From NCBI GenBank assembly GCA_043771335.1, contig JAYVHM010000007.1, positions 3,625 to 67,624 of the forward strand: a stretch of DNA of 64,000 nucleotides. The letters are read 5' to 3'. The position numbers and the translations under genes were made by a program. The DNA is from a bacterium (lineage in GTDB: Bacteria > Patescibacteriota > Minisyncoccia > Phycocordibacterales > UBA5272). Below, in pieces: positions 39,900 through 47,819 of this stretch. Positions within the stretch are counted from its first letter, which is position 1, and every line of letters starts with the position of its first letter. Under the pieces are notes generated by a model that had not been told where the DNA came from, did no database searches, and saw only the letters and a list, made by a program, of their open reading frames with translations.

Positions 39900-40331
39900 A
39901 TGTCAGAAGAAATCTTAAATACAGAAGTAAAAGTAAATACAACAGTACCAACAAATATACCAGAAGCCTTAAAAGGAAGAGCTGATATAGAGTTTGGTAG
40001 TGGTGACACTATAAAAGTAACTAGCAAAATCAAAGAAGCTAACGGTAAGACTCGTCTTCAAGCTTTTGAAGGACTTTGCCTTGCCAGAAAGCACGGTAAT
40101 GAAGTTGGTGGAACTTTTACAATTAGAAAAGTTGCTAGTGGTGTAGGAGTAGAGAGAATATTTCCACTTTACAGCGCTAACATAGATAAGATAGAAGTGA
40201 TAAGACATGCTAAGACTCGTAAATCAAAATTATACTATGTTCGTGACAAAGCTATGCGTGATGTTCGTAGAAAATTAAAAGCAGATGACTTCAAAGGTGA
40301 AGAGAGAACAGAAGAGGCTCCAGACGCATAA
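39900..40331 (+). CDS. rplS: 50S ribosomal protein L19
   Basis: GDTIKV..KIKE, RLQAFEG, TFTIRK..SGVGVERIFP, KLYYVRD. Confidence 0.97.
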   Translation: MSEEILNTEVKVNTTVPTNIPEALKGRADIEFGSGDTIKVTSKIKEANGKTRLQAFEGLCLARKHGNEVGGTFTIRKVASGVGVERIFPLYSANIDKIEVIRHAKTRKSKLYYVRDKAMRDVRRKLKADDFKGEERTEEAPDA

Positions 40332-40342
40332 TTTAAAATAAT

Positions 40343-40382
40343 AAAATAAAAACTCTAATTTAAAAATTAGAGTTTTTATTTT
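40343..40382. terminator. Bidirectional AT-rich terminator-like palindrome
   Basis: aaaataaaaactctaattt-aa-aaattagagtttttatttt. Confidence 0.7.
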
Positions 40383-40386
40383 CTTG

Positions 40387-40468
40387 TGCCCAAGAGAGGA
40401 TTTGAACCTCCATGAGTTGCCTCGCTACCACCTCAAGGTAGTGCGTCTACCAATTTCGCCACCTGGGC
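40387..40468 (-). tRNA. tRNA-Leu(GAG)
   Basis: Reverse complement gives ctacc-ttGAGgt-ggtag, variable arm. Confidence 0.94.
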
Positions 40469-40497
40469 ATATTTTAAACTTTGTCTTTACAAAATTT

Positions 40498-40545
40498 TAG
40501 TGCGTCTACCGCTACTAATTTTTTTGCGCCACCTGGGCATATTTT
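40498..40545 (-). repeat. Upstream copy of the tRNA-Leu(GAG) 5' part, perfect arms, D-loop replacement
   Basis: + strand tagtgcgtctacc-[gctactaatttttttg]-cgccacctgggcatatttt versus tagtgcgtctacc-[aattt]-cgccacctgggcatatttt. Confidence 0.93.
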
Positions 40546-40592
40546 CTACTTGAACCTTCTAATTATATCACAAATTATGTTATAATTAAAAT

Positions 40593-41435
40593 ATGGAAAC
40601 AGAAATTAATAATGTTGAAAATAACATAAATCTAGAAAAAGAAAATGACTGGAACAGTAAGAGAAGAATATATTATGTTTCTGGTATTTTGTTTTTATTA
40701 GCTTCTTTTATTTTTTATAAATCTTATGATTACATATTCCCAGCACCAACATGTTTTGATAAAAAACAAAATAGCACAGAAGTAGGCATAGATTGCGGAG
40801 GGTCTTGTGAATTAATGTGTAAGGACACTTATGTTCCGCTAGAGATTAAGCTCGCCAAAGCCTTCAGAGCTGGATTATCAGAAAAAGATAATAAGCAAGC
40901 TTATGATTTTCTGATATTATTAGATAATAAAAATATAAAGTTATCACCAAAAAAGCTAACAGTTAATATAGATATATATGGTAGTGATGGAAATAAATTA
41001 GACACTATAAAAAAAGAGTTAACACCAAGCACCTTTAAGCAAATACCAGTGTTAATAAATAATTATACTTTGCCAGACAGTATAGAAAAAAATATTTATA
41101 TCACTAAGTTATTTATATCATTAGATAATTATGACATGTACCACACTGTTGGCGCTTATGATGTCAGATTATTAGATTACAAATTTGAAGACAGTAATAC
41201 CCCAAAATTAAATCTAGCTTACACCTCACCATACAAAGAAATAGTAAAAGACAATATAACACTCTTAGTACTTTTAAAAGACGCGCTGGATAATGTAATT
41301 GGTTACAATAAAAAAGATATAAATGCTTTGTATCCAGAAAAGAAAATAGAGTTAGACCTCTCTTGGAAAGAGAGTGTTGGTATTCCGGTTAAGAATATAG
41401 AGATGATACCAATGTCTTATCTTTTCTATAAATAA
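40593..41435 (+). CDS. Membrane-anchored hypothetical protein with a C.D..QN..E.GIDCGG.C motif
   Basis: TM helix followed by PTCFDKKQNSTEVGIDCGGSCELMC; coupled to rodA. Confidence 0.78.
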   Translation: METEINNVENNINLEKENDWNSKRRIYYVSGILFLLASFIFYKSYDYIFPAPTCFDKKQNSTEVGIDCGGSCELMCKDTYVPLEIKLAKAFRAGLSEKDNKQAYDFLILLDNKNIKLSPKKLTVNIDIYGSDGNKLDTIKKELTPSTFKQIPVLINNYTLPDSIEKNIYITKLFISLDNYDMYHTVGAYDVRLLDYKFEDSNTPKLNLAYTSPYKEIVKDNITLLVLLKDALDNVIGYNKKDINALYPEKKIELDLSWKESVGIPVKNIEMIPMSYLFYK

Positions 41436-41436
41436 C

Positions 41437-42561
41437 ATGAAATCTCTTTATTTTTTTAAAAAAGTAGATTTTATACTTTTATTTTCTTTTTTATTTATAG
41501 CATTATTTGGACTTGCCACTATGTCTAGTTTTGATTCGGGTAATAATTTCTTTTATAGACAGATGACTTGGATTGGACTTGGAACTTTTTTATTTCTATT
41601 TTTATCTAGGTTAGATTTTTCTTTTTTAAAAAATACGAGAAGTGTAGTATTTTTATATCTTATAACTAACACATTACTTATTGCTACTTTATTTTTTGGG
41701 TCTACTATTAATGGTTCAAAGGCCTGGATTAACTTTGGAGGATTTTCTCTTCAGGCTGCGGACTTTGCAAAGCTGTCGCTCATTATATTATTGGCCAAAT
41801 ACTTTTCAAAGAGGCATATAGAAATAAAATACATAAGGCATATCGTAGTATCTTTTATTTACACTGCTATACCTGTTGGTGTGACTTTACTGCAGCCAGA
41901 CTTTGGATCTGCCATGGTAATGCTCTTAATCTGGTTTATTATGGTTTTTATGTCTGGCCTTTCAAAAACTCACTTTTTTTCTATGTGTGCTATTGGGATT
42001 TTTACTTTGGCCATACTTTGGACTAGTGTTTTCAAAGATTATCAAAAAGAGAGATTACTTAATTTTGTGGATCCACTGCGTGACATACGTGGCAGTGGTT
42101 ATAATGTATTTCAGTCGGAGATAGCAGTAGGTTCGGGTGGCTTGTATGGAAAAGGTGTAGGGTATGGCACTCAATCACGTCTTAACTTTTTACCTGAGCA
42201 TGAGACAGATTTTATATTTGCAGCTTTTGCTGAGGAGTGGGGATTCATAGGGTCTCTTATTTTGATGGGATTATTTTTGGCTATACTACTAAGAACGCTC
42301 TTTATAGCCAGCAGTCAGAATGATAACTTTTTTGCTTTGATTAGTATTGGGGTTTTTGCTTGGATATTCATACATAGCGTTATTAACATCGGAATGAATA
42401 TAGGATCGCTGCCTGTTACTGGTATACCATTACCATTTATGTCATATGGTGGTTCACACTTTTTGGCTGAGTGTATGGCACTTGGTATTATTGCTTCTTT
42501 CAATTTAAATAAGTTTAATATTAAAAAGAATTATAAAAATGAGTTTTTAGGGTTAGAATAA
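41437..42561 (+). CDS. rodA: SEDS peptidoglycan glycosyltransferase (RodA/FtsW)
   Basis: LQPDFGSA, YQKER, GYNV.QS.IAVGSGG, FLPE..TDFIF, PVTGIPLPF.SYGGS. Confidence 0.9.
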   Translation: MKSLYFFKKVDFILLFSFLFIALFGLATMSSFDSGNNFFYRQMTWIGLGTFLFLFLSRLDFSFLKNTRSVVFLYLITNTLLIATLFFGSTINGSKAWINFGGFSLQAADFAKLSLIILLAKYFSKRHIEIKYIRHIVVSFIYTAIPVGVTLLQPDFGSAMVMLLIWFIMVFMSGLSKTHFFSMCAIGIFTLAILWTSVFKDYQKERLLNFVDPLRDIRGSGYNVFQSEIAVGSGGLYGKGVGYGTQSRLNFLPEHETDFIFAAFAEEWGFIGSLILMGLFLAILLRTLFIASSQNDNFFALISIGVFAWIFIHSVINIGMNIGSLPVTGIPLPFMSYGGSHFLAECMALGIIASFNLNKFNIKKNYKNEFLGLE

Positions 42562-42665
42562 TTACTCTTTTAAATTAGCAAAAACTTTCTATTTTAATTC
42601 TTTAAATAAGCTTTATTTTTAAAGCTTATTTTTCAACAGTTTTGAAAGTCTCTAAAAGTCGTCTA

Positions 42666-42693
42666 TTGACAAAAGATATAATTAGTATATAAT
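42666..42693 (+). promoter_or_regulatory. Consensus sigma70 promoter TTGACA-16-TATAAT
   Basis: Both hexamers are exact; lies upstream of the lipoprotein gene. Confidence 0.7.
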
Positions 42694-42784
42694 ATATACA
42701 TAGTCAAAACAAGATAATCCTATCAAGTTTTGATCCCATTTCATTCACTTAACTTTAGGAAGCTTAGCTTCCAGAAAGACAATC

Positions 42785-43375
42785 ATGATCCGCTCATTTA
42801 TTTCTGCTTCTATTATTGCCGTTTCTGTTTTTGTTACTGGCTGCGCCGGAACACAACAGTATCAACTTCCTGGCGCTGTTGCAAATGCGGTGAACAATCG
42901 CATCGCTCGCGCCATCGATCCACAATATCAACCAGAAGCTCAAGTTAGCTCACAGTCACAAGGTAGTAACCCTTGTCCTCGTGGCGTATTAACTGGCTGG
43001 CAAGGTAGTCGTCCCATTTGTGCTTTAGGTCAACAAGCTAGTTCCCAAAACCAAACACAGCAGCAACCTCAACAGCAAAGCAACAACCCTTGTCCACAAG
43101 GTAAACTCACTGGCTGGCAAGGTAATCGCCCCGTCTGTCAGTTATCTGGCAGTCAGCAGGGAGGCACATTGTATCAGCCTCAACAGCAGCAGCAATATCA
43201 AGCACCAAAGCCAGTGGGTTACGCTCCTGCAAATAATTTATTTGCAGGTTGCGCTCCTGGTCAGTATAACTACAACGGTGCGTGTTATGCCAGCCAGCAG
43301 ACACAGGCTCCATCAATAGCTGGTTCTGCTTGCAGAACAGTTAATACTGTTTACGGTCCACGTCAGCAATGCTGA
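42785..43375 (+). CDS. Gln/Cys-rich putative lipoprotein with an internal repeat
   Basis: Signal peptide with VTGC lipobox; NPCP.G.LTGWQG.RP.C twice; higher GC; hairpin terminator at about 43380-43428. Confidence 0.8.
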   Translation: MIRSFISASIIAVSVFVTGCAGTQQYQLPGAVANAVNNRIARAIDPQYQPEAQVSSQSQGSNPCPRGVLTGWQGSRPICALGQQASSQNQTQQQPQQQSNNPCPQGKLTGWQGNRPVCQLSGSQQGGTLYQPQQQQQYQAPKPVGYAPANNLFAGCAPGQYNYNGACYASQQTQAPSIAGSACRTVNTVYGPRQQC

Positions 43376-43476
43376 TGTAAACTTCCAAGATTTTATAAAT
43401 TAATTTTTATAAACTTGGGAGTTTTTTTTATTTATATATTTTAAATAAAAAATAATTTAAGTAGTTTACAAATATA

Positions 43477-44052
43477 TTATTTGCCACTTAAAATCTTGAG
43501 TCCTTCTTTTATAAAATCATTCATAGATAATTCAGGATGCAGATTAGAAAGAGCCGAAGATATATCTCTGGTATTATAACCAAGAGTTTCAAGTGCCAGC
43601 TTAGCGTTCTTCATCTCATCTGTATCATTTTCAAAAGCAACATGGTCAAACTTTCCACGCAGGTCTAGTATCATTTTCTCTAAAGTTTTTTTACCTATGC
43701 CGGGAGTCTTTGGAAAATTATCAGCTGAACCACTTTCAATAGCACGTATTATAGTGTTAGGAGTAGCGATGGAAAGCATGGTGAGGGCAGATTTTGGTCC
43801 TACGCCACTGACACTGGTTAATTTTTTAAAGAGGTCCTTTTCGTTATTATTTTCAAAACCAAAAAGAGTTATCTGGTCTTCGCGAACATGAGTATGCACT
43901 GGTATACTTATAATGTCTTCTAATTTTAATTTTAGGAGAAAAGAAAGAGGTAATAGTAATTCATAACCAACACCAGATTGGCTATCCCCAACTTCTATTA
44001 TAATGCTTTTATCATCTATGTTTATGACTTTTCCTTTTAAATTACCTATCAT
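43477..44052 (-). CDS. ruvA: Holliday junction branch migration protein RuvA
   Basis: MIG.L.G, GVGYE, VRED..LFGF, SGVGPK.A, PGIGKK, AL..LGY. Confidence 0.96.
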   Translation of the reverse strand: MIGNLKGKVINIDDKSIIIEVGDSQSGVGYELLLPLSFLLKLKLEDIISIPVHTHVREDQITLFGFENNNEKDLFKKLTSVSGVGPKSALTMLSIATPNTIIRAIESGSADNFPKTPGIGKKTLEKMILDLRGKFDHVAFENDTDEMKNAKLALETLGYNTRDISSALSNLHPELSMNDFIKEGLKILSGK

Positions 44053-44221
44053 TTTTTTATTTTTATTATATAAATTATAGCATAAAAATTACTTTTTATT
44101 TTAATTTATATAGTTTTCTTAGTAAGTTTTAGACTTGCATAATCATAATTTTTAATGTAGTATAAGGAGCATACTAGATGATTTTGTCTAGGTATATTCT
44201 TTTACTTAACAGGAGTAGATC

Positions 44222-44740
44222 ATGGAAATCTTAACGCCTTGTCGATATTTGGCCGATATGCCAGGGAAGCTGGCTGTATTTTTACATATGGATATGTTGT
44301 CAGCCACAGAAAAAGATGCAATATTGCAAGCACTCATCACTAACAAAGATAATATCTTTCCTACGGATAGTGTCTGGAAAAGATTACAAAAAGACTTGAT
44401 CTTTAAAATTGATTACACTAATATCGAAAATAAAGATGTGATTAACAATGTTGCTGTGGGACAATATGACAATAGAGAAAATCTCTCAGTTCATGAGAAA
44501 AATCATCAGTGGAGGTTACACCATATGTATAGCTCTCATCTCAATATCTTTATTTCTGGAGGTGGAAATGGGGAAAGAGGAAGTCAAAATCTTTATGATT
44601 TTGGTCTATATTCTGGTTATGCTCAAGCTGATTTAGATATGAGAGATAGGCTGGTCTTTGGAAAAATGGAAGAGACTGACAATCCGTTAGGTGTAGCGAA
44701 AGAAATAGCTAAGTTTCTTTCTGATTTAGAATCTGAGTAA
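44222..44740 (+). CDS. Hypothetical protein
   Basis: TTGCAT-17-TAGTAT promoter, AGGAG SD, terminator at about 44764-44792. Confidence 0.7.
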   Translation: MEILTPCRYLADMPGKLAVFLHMDMLSATEKDAILQALITNKDNIFPTDSVWKRLQKDLIFKIDYTNIENKDVINNVAVGQYDNRENLSVHEKNHQWRLHHMYSSHLNIFISGGGNGERGSQNLYDFGLYSGYAQADLDMRDRLVFGKMEETDNPLGVAKEIAKFLSDLESE

Positions 44741-44891
44741 GAGTAAGTGTGATATAAATATATAATACTCGTAGTGATTACGGGTATTTTTTATGAGAGG
44801 AATCTTTGCAAAAATATGAAAAATGTGTTAATATGTGTATATCAATAAAGTGTCTAGGTGAGTATTAAAAAAATAACAAAATATAAAAAAT

Positions 44892-45155
44892 ATGGCAATA
44901 ACAAAATCAGCTAAAAAAGCATTACGTGTATCAGATAGAAAACGCGTAGTAAATGACAGACTTAAAAAGACAATGAAGGCAGAAGTAAAATCTGTTCGTA
45001 CTAAAGTATCTAAAAAAGTAGCTGTAACTGTAGCTGACCTTGGTCTTGCTTTTAAAGCATTAGATAAAGCAGCAAAAAGAGGCACTATCAAAAAAGGACA
45101 AGCTGACAGAAAGAAAAGCAGATTAGCAAAAGCTGTCGCAAAGGTTTCAAAATAA
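44892..45155 (+). CDS. rpsT: 30S ribosomal protein S20
   Basis: KSAKKALR, LDKAAKRG.I.K..A.RKKSRL. Confidence 0.97.
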   Translation: MAITKSAKKALRVSDRKRVVNDRLKKTMKAEVKSVRTKVSKKVAVTVADLGLAFKALDKAAKRGTIKKGQADRKKSRLAKAVAKVSK

Positions 45156-45159
45156 AGAT

Positions 45160-45182
45160 AAGGCGAGGCTTTGCCTCGCCTT
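45160..45182. terminator. Perfect palindrome between rpsT and tRNA-Arg
   Basis: aaggcgaggc-ttt-gcctcgcctt. Confidence 0.65.
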
Positions 45183-45187
45183 TAAAT

Positions 45188-45259
45188 GCTCTCGTAGTTC
45201 AATGGATAGAATATGGGTTTGCGGTACCCACGATGTAGGTTCGATTCCTACCGAGAGCA
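45188..45259 (+). tRNA. tRNA-Arg(GCG)
   Basis: tgggt-ttGCGgt-accca, GGTTCGATTCC. Confidence 0.92.
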
Positions 45260-45267
45260 CAAAATAT

Positions 45268-47160
45268 ATGAGCAATAAAAAAATAGAAAACAAATTAAAA
45301 AATAAAGTTGAGGGTTCAAAGTTTATAAAAAACTTTAAAAACTTTTTTATTAATTGGTGGTTAACTATTATTTTGATATTGGGGCTTTTTGTTTACCCTT
45401 ACTTTTCTAACAAAACAGAAGTTAAGAATAATATAAATATATCAGAGATACCTGTACTCATAAAAGAAAATAAAGTATCAGAGATAAAAGTTTTAGGTGA
45501 CAAATTAGAAATCATCTCAGGCACTACAACATACACTAGTAAAAAAGAAAATGGAGTTAGTGTTGTTGAGACACTGCACGACTTTGGAGTCTCTACTAGT
45601 AGTGTGTCTAATATAAAAATAAATATTTTAGAAGAAGCTTCTTGGAAGGGATACTTAGGGTTATTCGGATTGCTTTTACCTATATTATTTCTAGTACTAA
45701 TGATATTCATGCTCATGCGTAGTGTGAAGGGGGCAAATATGGGAGCTCTTTCTTTTGGGAACACTAGAGCAAAGAAAATAATGCCAGATGATAAAAATGC
45801 ATTGGTGACTTTTGCTGATGTGGCCGGAGCAAAAGTGGCAAAACAAGAATTAGAAGAGATAGTAGAATTTTTAAAGAAGCCAGAAAAGTTTTTAGAAATA
45901 GGAGCCGTAATACCAAAGGGAGTGCTTATGACTGGTGCACCAGGAACTGGTAAGACATTGCTCGCGCGCGCAGTAGCAGGTGAAGCTAAGGTGCCATTCT
46001 TCCACTTGTCTGGGTCAGAATTCGTAGAGATGTTCGTGGGTGTTGGAGCGTCACGCGTGCGTGATCTTTTCAATGAAGCAAAAAAATCAGCACCAGCTAT
46101 TATTTTTATAGACGAGATAGATAGCATTGGTCGCAGTCGTGGAGTGGGTCAAGGCGGAGGTAATGATGAGCGTGAGCAGACATTGAATCAGATATTAGTT
46201 GAGATGGATGGCTTTGAGAAAACTGAAAAAGTTATAGTTATGGCAGCGACTAATAGATCAGATGTATTAGACACAGCATTGCTTCGTCCTGGTAGATTCG
46301 ATAGACACATAATCATAGACTTACCAGACAGGACAGAGAGAAAAGAGATATTAGAAGTTCATATTAAAAATAAAAAATTAGAAAATAATATTAACTTAGA
46401 ATTAGTAGCAACTCGTACGCCAGGATTCTCAGGAGCAGAATTAGCATCACTTATAAATGAATCAGCAATACAAGCAGTAAGAGATAATAGAAAAGAAATC
46501 ACTCAAGCTGATATATTAAAAAGTATAGAAAAAGTTATGCTCGGAGCTGAAAGAAAAAGTCACCTTATGGGAGAAAAAGAAAAAAAATTAGTAGCTTATC
46601 ATGAAGCAGGGCATGCATTAGTTGCTGCAGTATTGCCAAATGCTGACCCCGTGCACAAAATATCAATTATCAGTCGAGGTAGCGCTGGAGGGTATACTTT
46701 AAAATTACCAACAGATGAGAGAAGGTTAACTAATAAGTTAGTATTTGAAGATGATATAGCTATGACTTTTGGTGGCTATGCTGCTGAAGAGTTGATAGAG
46801 GGTGTAACTAGTACTGGTCCATCGTCAGACATAGAGCAAGCCACAGCAATGGCACGCGCCATGGTAACACGTTATGGTATGAGTGAACTTGTAGGTCCTA
46901 TAGCTATAGAGTCAGATAGAAATATATTATCTTATGGAAGAAGTGGAGGAGACAAGATATATAGCGAGGAATTTAATAAAATAGTAGATAGCGAAATAAA
47001 AAGAATAGTAGAAGAAGGGAGAGATAAGGCAAGGGTTGTAGTGCGTGAATACAGAGCAGTGTTAGATGCTATAGTTGCAGAGCTTTTAGAAAAAGAAAAT
47101 CTAGAGCGTGATGACTTTGAGAAGATATTAAAAGATTTTAATATACCCATAAAGAAATAA
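45268..47160 (+). CDS. ftsH: ATP-dependent zinc metalloprotease FtsH
   Basis: 2 [30 protein letters not shown]; start moved to 45268 because 45202 lies inside the tRNA. Confidence 0.97.
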   Translation: MSNKKIENKLKNKVEGSKFIKNFKNFFINWWLTIILILGLFVYPYFSNKTEVKNNINISEIPVLIKENKVSEIKVLGDKLEIISGTTTYTSKKENGVSVVETLHDFGVSTSSVSNIKINILEEASWKGYLGLFGLLLPILFLVLMIFMLMRSVKGANMGALSFGNTRAKKIMPDDKNALVTFADVAGAKVAKQELEEIVEFLKKPEKFLEIGAVIPKGVLMTGAPGTGKTLLARAVAGEAKVPFFHLSGSEFVEMFVGVGASRVRDLFNEAKKSAPAIIFIDEIDSIGRSRGVGQGGGNDEREQTLNQILVEMDGFEKTEKVIVMAATNRSDVLDTALLRPGRFDRHIIIDLPDRTERKEILEVHIKNKKLENNINLELVATRTPGFSGAELASLINESAIQAVRDNRKEITQADILKSIEKVMLGAERKSHLMGEKEKKLVAYHEAGHALVAAVLPNADPVHKISIISRGSAGGYTLKLPTDERRLTNKLVFEDDIAMTFGGYAAEELIEGVTSTGPSSDIEQATAMARAMVTRYGMSELVGPIAIESDRNILSYGRSGGDKIYSEEFNKIVDSEIKRIVEEGRDKARVVVREYRAVLDAIVAELLEKENLERDDFEKILKDFNIPIKK

Positions 47161-47188
47161 TTATAAAAAATTAAAAATAAGCAAAAAT

Positions 47189-47216
47189 AAAAAGCGTAAT
47201 GATTACGCTTTTTTTT
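47189..47216. terminator. Bidirectional terminator
   Basis: aaaaagcgtaa-tga-ttacgctttttt between convergent genes. Confidence 0.8.
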
Positions 47217-47228
47217 GTTAATTAAAAC

Positions 47229-47564
47229 TTACTGACCTATTGTTTTAATTCTACTCATGTTCGAAGGTGTTACATCACGAGCATGATACTTTGTGTTAGA
47301 GAGGTGTCCAGTGCCATCACTGTAAGCTTGGGGATTTTTCGAGGCTTCTACCTCTAAATCCTTTTTATTCTTTTGTTTTTCTGAGACAGCATTTGCTGTC
47401 GCGTGACCCTTTTTTGTGTCAGTTGCTCCTGAGTGGGTAGAGCAGCAGACGTGTGTCTTACCAGAAGATACAGGACAGCCACCACAACCAGTTGTTATAA
47501 CTCCTTTTTTCATTTGAGCTAGGCAGGTTTCTGAATTTGGTTTTAATGAACATGTATGAGTCAT
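47229..47564 (-). CDS. Small Cys/His-rich hypothetical protein
   Basis: C-x8-C, CGGC and HVCCSTH in the N-terminal half; purine-rich leader. Confidence 0.55.
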   Translation of the reverse strand: MTHTCSLKPNSETCLAQMKKGVITTGCGGCPVSSGKTHVCCSTHSGATDTKKGHATANAVSEKQKNKKDLEVEASKNPQAYSDGTGHLSNTKYHARDVTPSNMSRIKTIGQ

Positions 47565-47726
47565 CTTTGTCTCTCTTTCGTTGGTTTCTTATGTATTCAC
47601 CGCGAATATACAAGAGATTAATTATATCAGAAATTCTATAACTAATCAATTTGAAATAAGCCAAAAATGTGTTATAATGTTTTTACTAAATGTAAGATTT
47701 TATTTATAATATTTTGCATTTAGTAT

Positions 47727-47800
47727 CCTTCCATAGCTCAGTTGGTTAGAGCACTCGGCTTATATCCGAGTGGTCCCTGGTTCGAGTCCAGGTGGAAGGA
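47727..47800 (+). tRNA. tRNA-Ile(TAT)
   Basis: CCTTCCA/TGGAAGG acceptor, ctcgg-ctTATat-ccgag, GGTTCGAGTCC. Confidence 0.9.
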
Positions 47801-47819
47801 CTAGTTATTCCATATATTA

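Noticed and set aside
45399-46127. Long antisense ORFs (for example 242 aa opposite ftsH, 166 aa opposite murA)
   Set aside because: Shadow frames of conserved genes with no motifs of their own.
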